Below, one piece after another: positions 62,499-64,000 of a stretch of 64,000 nucleotides of DNA. Source of the stretch: Bilabrum cf. latius (lineage: Eukaryota); the NCBI GenBank assembly GCA_965178125.1, contig OZ237743.1, positions 1 through 64,000 of the forward strand, read 5' to 3'. The notes under the pieces were generated by a model. It was not told the DNA's origin and made no database searches. It saw nothing but the letters and a program-made list of their open reading frames with translations. Positions within the stretch are counted from its first letter, which is position 1. Each line of letters starts with the position of its first letter. A program made the translations under genes and the position numbers.

Positions 62499-62828
62499 GT
62501 TCAGTTTCTGCGCTGCAAGTTGCAGCCTGAACCGCCAGGATCGACGAGTAAGTTGGCCTCTTTGTTCAGCCCAAAAGTCTGCTTAGGGTCAAAAGCCACG
62601 AGCCAATACCAGCCTGGAGTATTAAATATAGCTCTTGGTTCGATTGTAGGCAATGGCCGGCACCTGAAGCTCAAATGATCCTTCCTCAAGCGAATATGGA
62701 ACGTTCTTTTTTCAGAAGCGAACCTTTTCCTTTTGGTCGGCATTACAAGTCGACATTGTCTTCTATCATCGATGTGCTTAACCGTCTGAACATACCATAT
62801 CAAATTGAGCTAGATGTAGCTTGATATA

Positions 62829-63296
62829 ATGGACTTGGAGGCGCGCTTGCGAGGCCGACCGCGCGTACGGAATTCCAAGACCTACGCCGAACGCGAGCCC
62901 AAACTGTCAGACTAGGACGAACTGGATACGTCACCAGACCTAGTGCATTTGGCAAGTCTTACTAGCTTCCCCTCGCTGGTATCGGGAGCACGACTGCACA
63001 AGCATCCCTCGTAGCAAGCTGGACATGGTGAAGCGCATCAAGCGGGCACAAGCATTGCAGACGGCGCTGGCTCAGCGAATGATGATCTCGCTGGCTATCT
63101 TGCAGGATCCATGGCAACGAGGGCTCTTGATGGTTCTTCAAAGGCCCCTGCAACTGTTGAGGCTTTCCACGACAGCGCACCGGAGGAATGTGCCCTTGCC
63201 GTGCCTTTAGCCGCAGCAGCGCTGGCACGCTCATTGAACTTGGACGATCTTGAGGATGTTGCGGGCGCACTACTCAAGGAACTGGACGGGCACTGA
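62829..63296 (+). CDS. Hypothetical protein (~155 aa)
   Basis: ATG at 62829 is in frame with ORF 63111..63296 through two TAG; TGA stop. Confidence 0.35.
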
Positions 63297-64000
63297 TTCG
63301 TAGTGGGTTTTTGCTGCGAACGAACGTGTGAAAGGTCCAGCCTGCTGTGCTTGGGCTGCGGAGCACCCGTTGAAATTCTATGGACTGGGACGTACACGGC
63401 TCCTAATATTCATAGCTTTGTGGTACACTAAAAAAAAGGAGGGATTGAGTGGGCACAGCCCAAGTTGGAGTTGTTGCCGGGCTATTTGCCGTGATGAGTG
63501 ATGAAGCAGTCTGCTCGCTCATTCAGCTCGAAACAGTCTCGCCGATACGATTGCTATGCTTAGACATAAATCAAGGACAACTTGAATGCCCTCAGACAAC
63601 GCGAATGACTTGAATTCCCTCTAGCGAGAGCATTGAAGCAACTTGTGTAGCTCGCTAGTCTCACTCTCGAGCGCTATGAGCCGGACCATGTCACTTTTGA
63701 AATTCACGATCGTAATCGATGTATCACTATGCGGAAGGGGTTCGTATCGCACGCGCATCGGGGAGGTGCTGCGAGAGAAGGTAGTTGCTTCGATTCGAAA
63801 CGTGCAGCCAGATTCGCATTAGCGTGCAGACATGTGCGGCGCTGCGCAGTAGCAAGCATTGCAAGGCATACATGCAGCTGTTCACGGCTTCAGGTTGAGT
63901 GCAAGCCCTCTCTTGTCAGAGGCAAGCACGTCGGATACCAACAGCAGAGCGAGCGTGGCGGTGTCGAAACCTTTGTCATTCGATGACCTTAATGATCGCC

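Noticed and set aside
10144-63296. Ciliate code (UAA and UAG both Gln), pyrrolysine or selenocysteine recoding
   Set aside because: No in-frame TAA or TGA was found and both end genes. TAG is frequent in low-complexity regions rather than restricted to catalytic sites.
63300-64000. Possible 3' end of a minus-strand gene at the window edge
   Set aside because: No convincing motif or long open frame.

Overview
GC-rich eukaryotic nuclear DNA with a compact, gene-dense layout and short GT-AG introns. It is probably from a protist. The gene style suggests a stramenopile such as a bicosoecid, but that is inference. Main discovery: the genome appears to use a variant genetic code in which UAG is a sense codon, most likely Gln, while UAA and UGA remain stops. 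Almost every gene (cysteine synthase, UGPase, primase large subunit, ARPC4, SEM1, ALKBH8, NHA antiporter, tetraspanin and others) is split in the ORF track only at in-frame TAGs. One TAG sits on the conserved Gln of the ALKBH8 motif D-Q-x-T-x-N. When TAG is read through, every gene model ends at TAA or TGA. Second feature: 245 perfect CCCTAA telomere repeats (7755-9224) in left-chromosome-end orientation, with at least 7.75 kb of sequence beyond them. That distal block begins with a Helitron-like A|TC terminus fused to the telomere repeats. It carries a 155-bp tandem array, a tRNA-like Pol III element and two large orphan ORFs that also use TAG as sense. CDS coordinates below assume TAG read-through and were worked out by hand.
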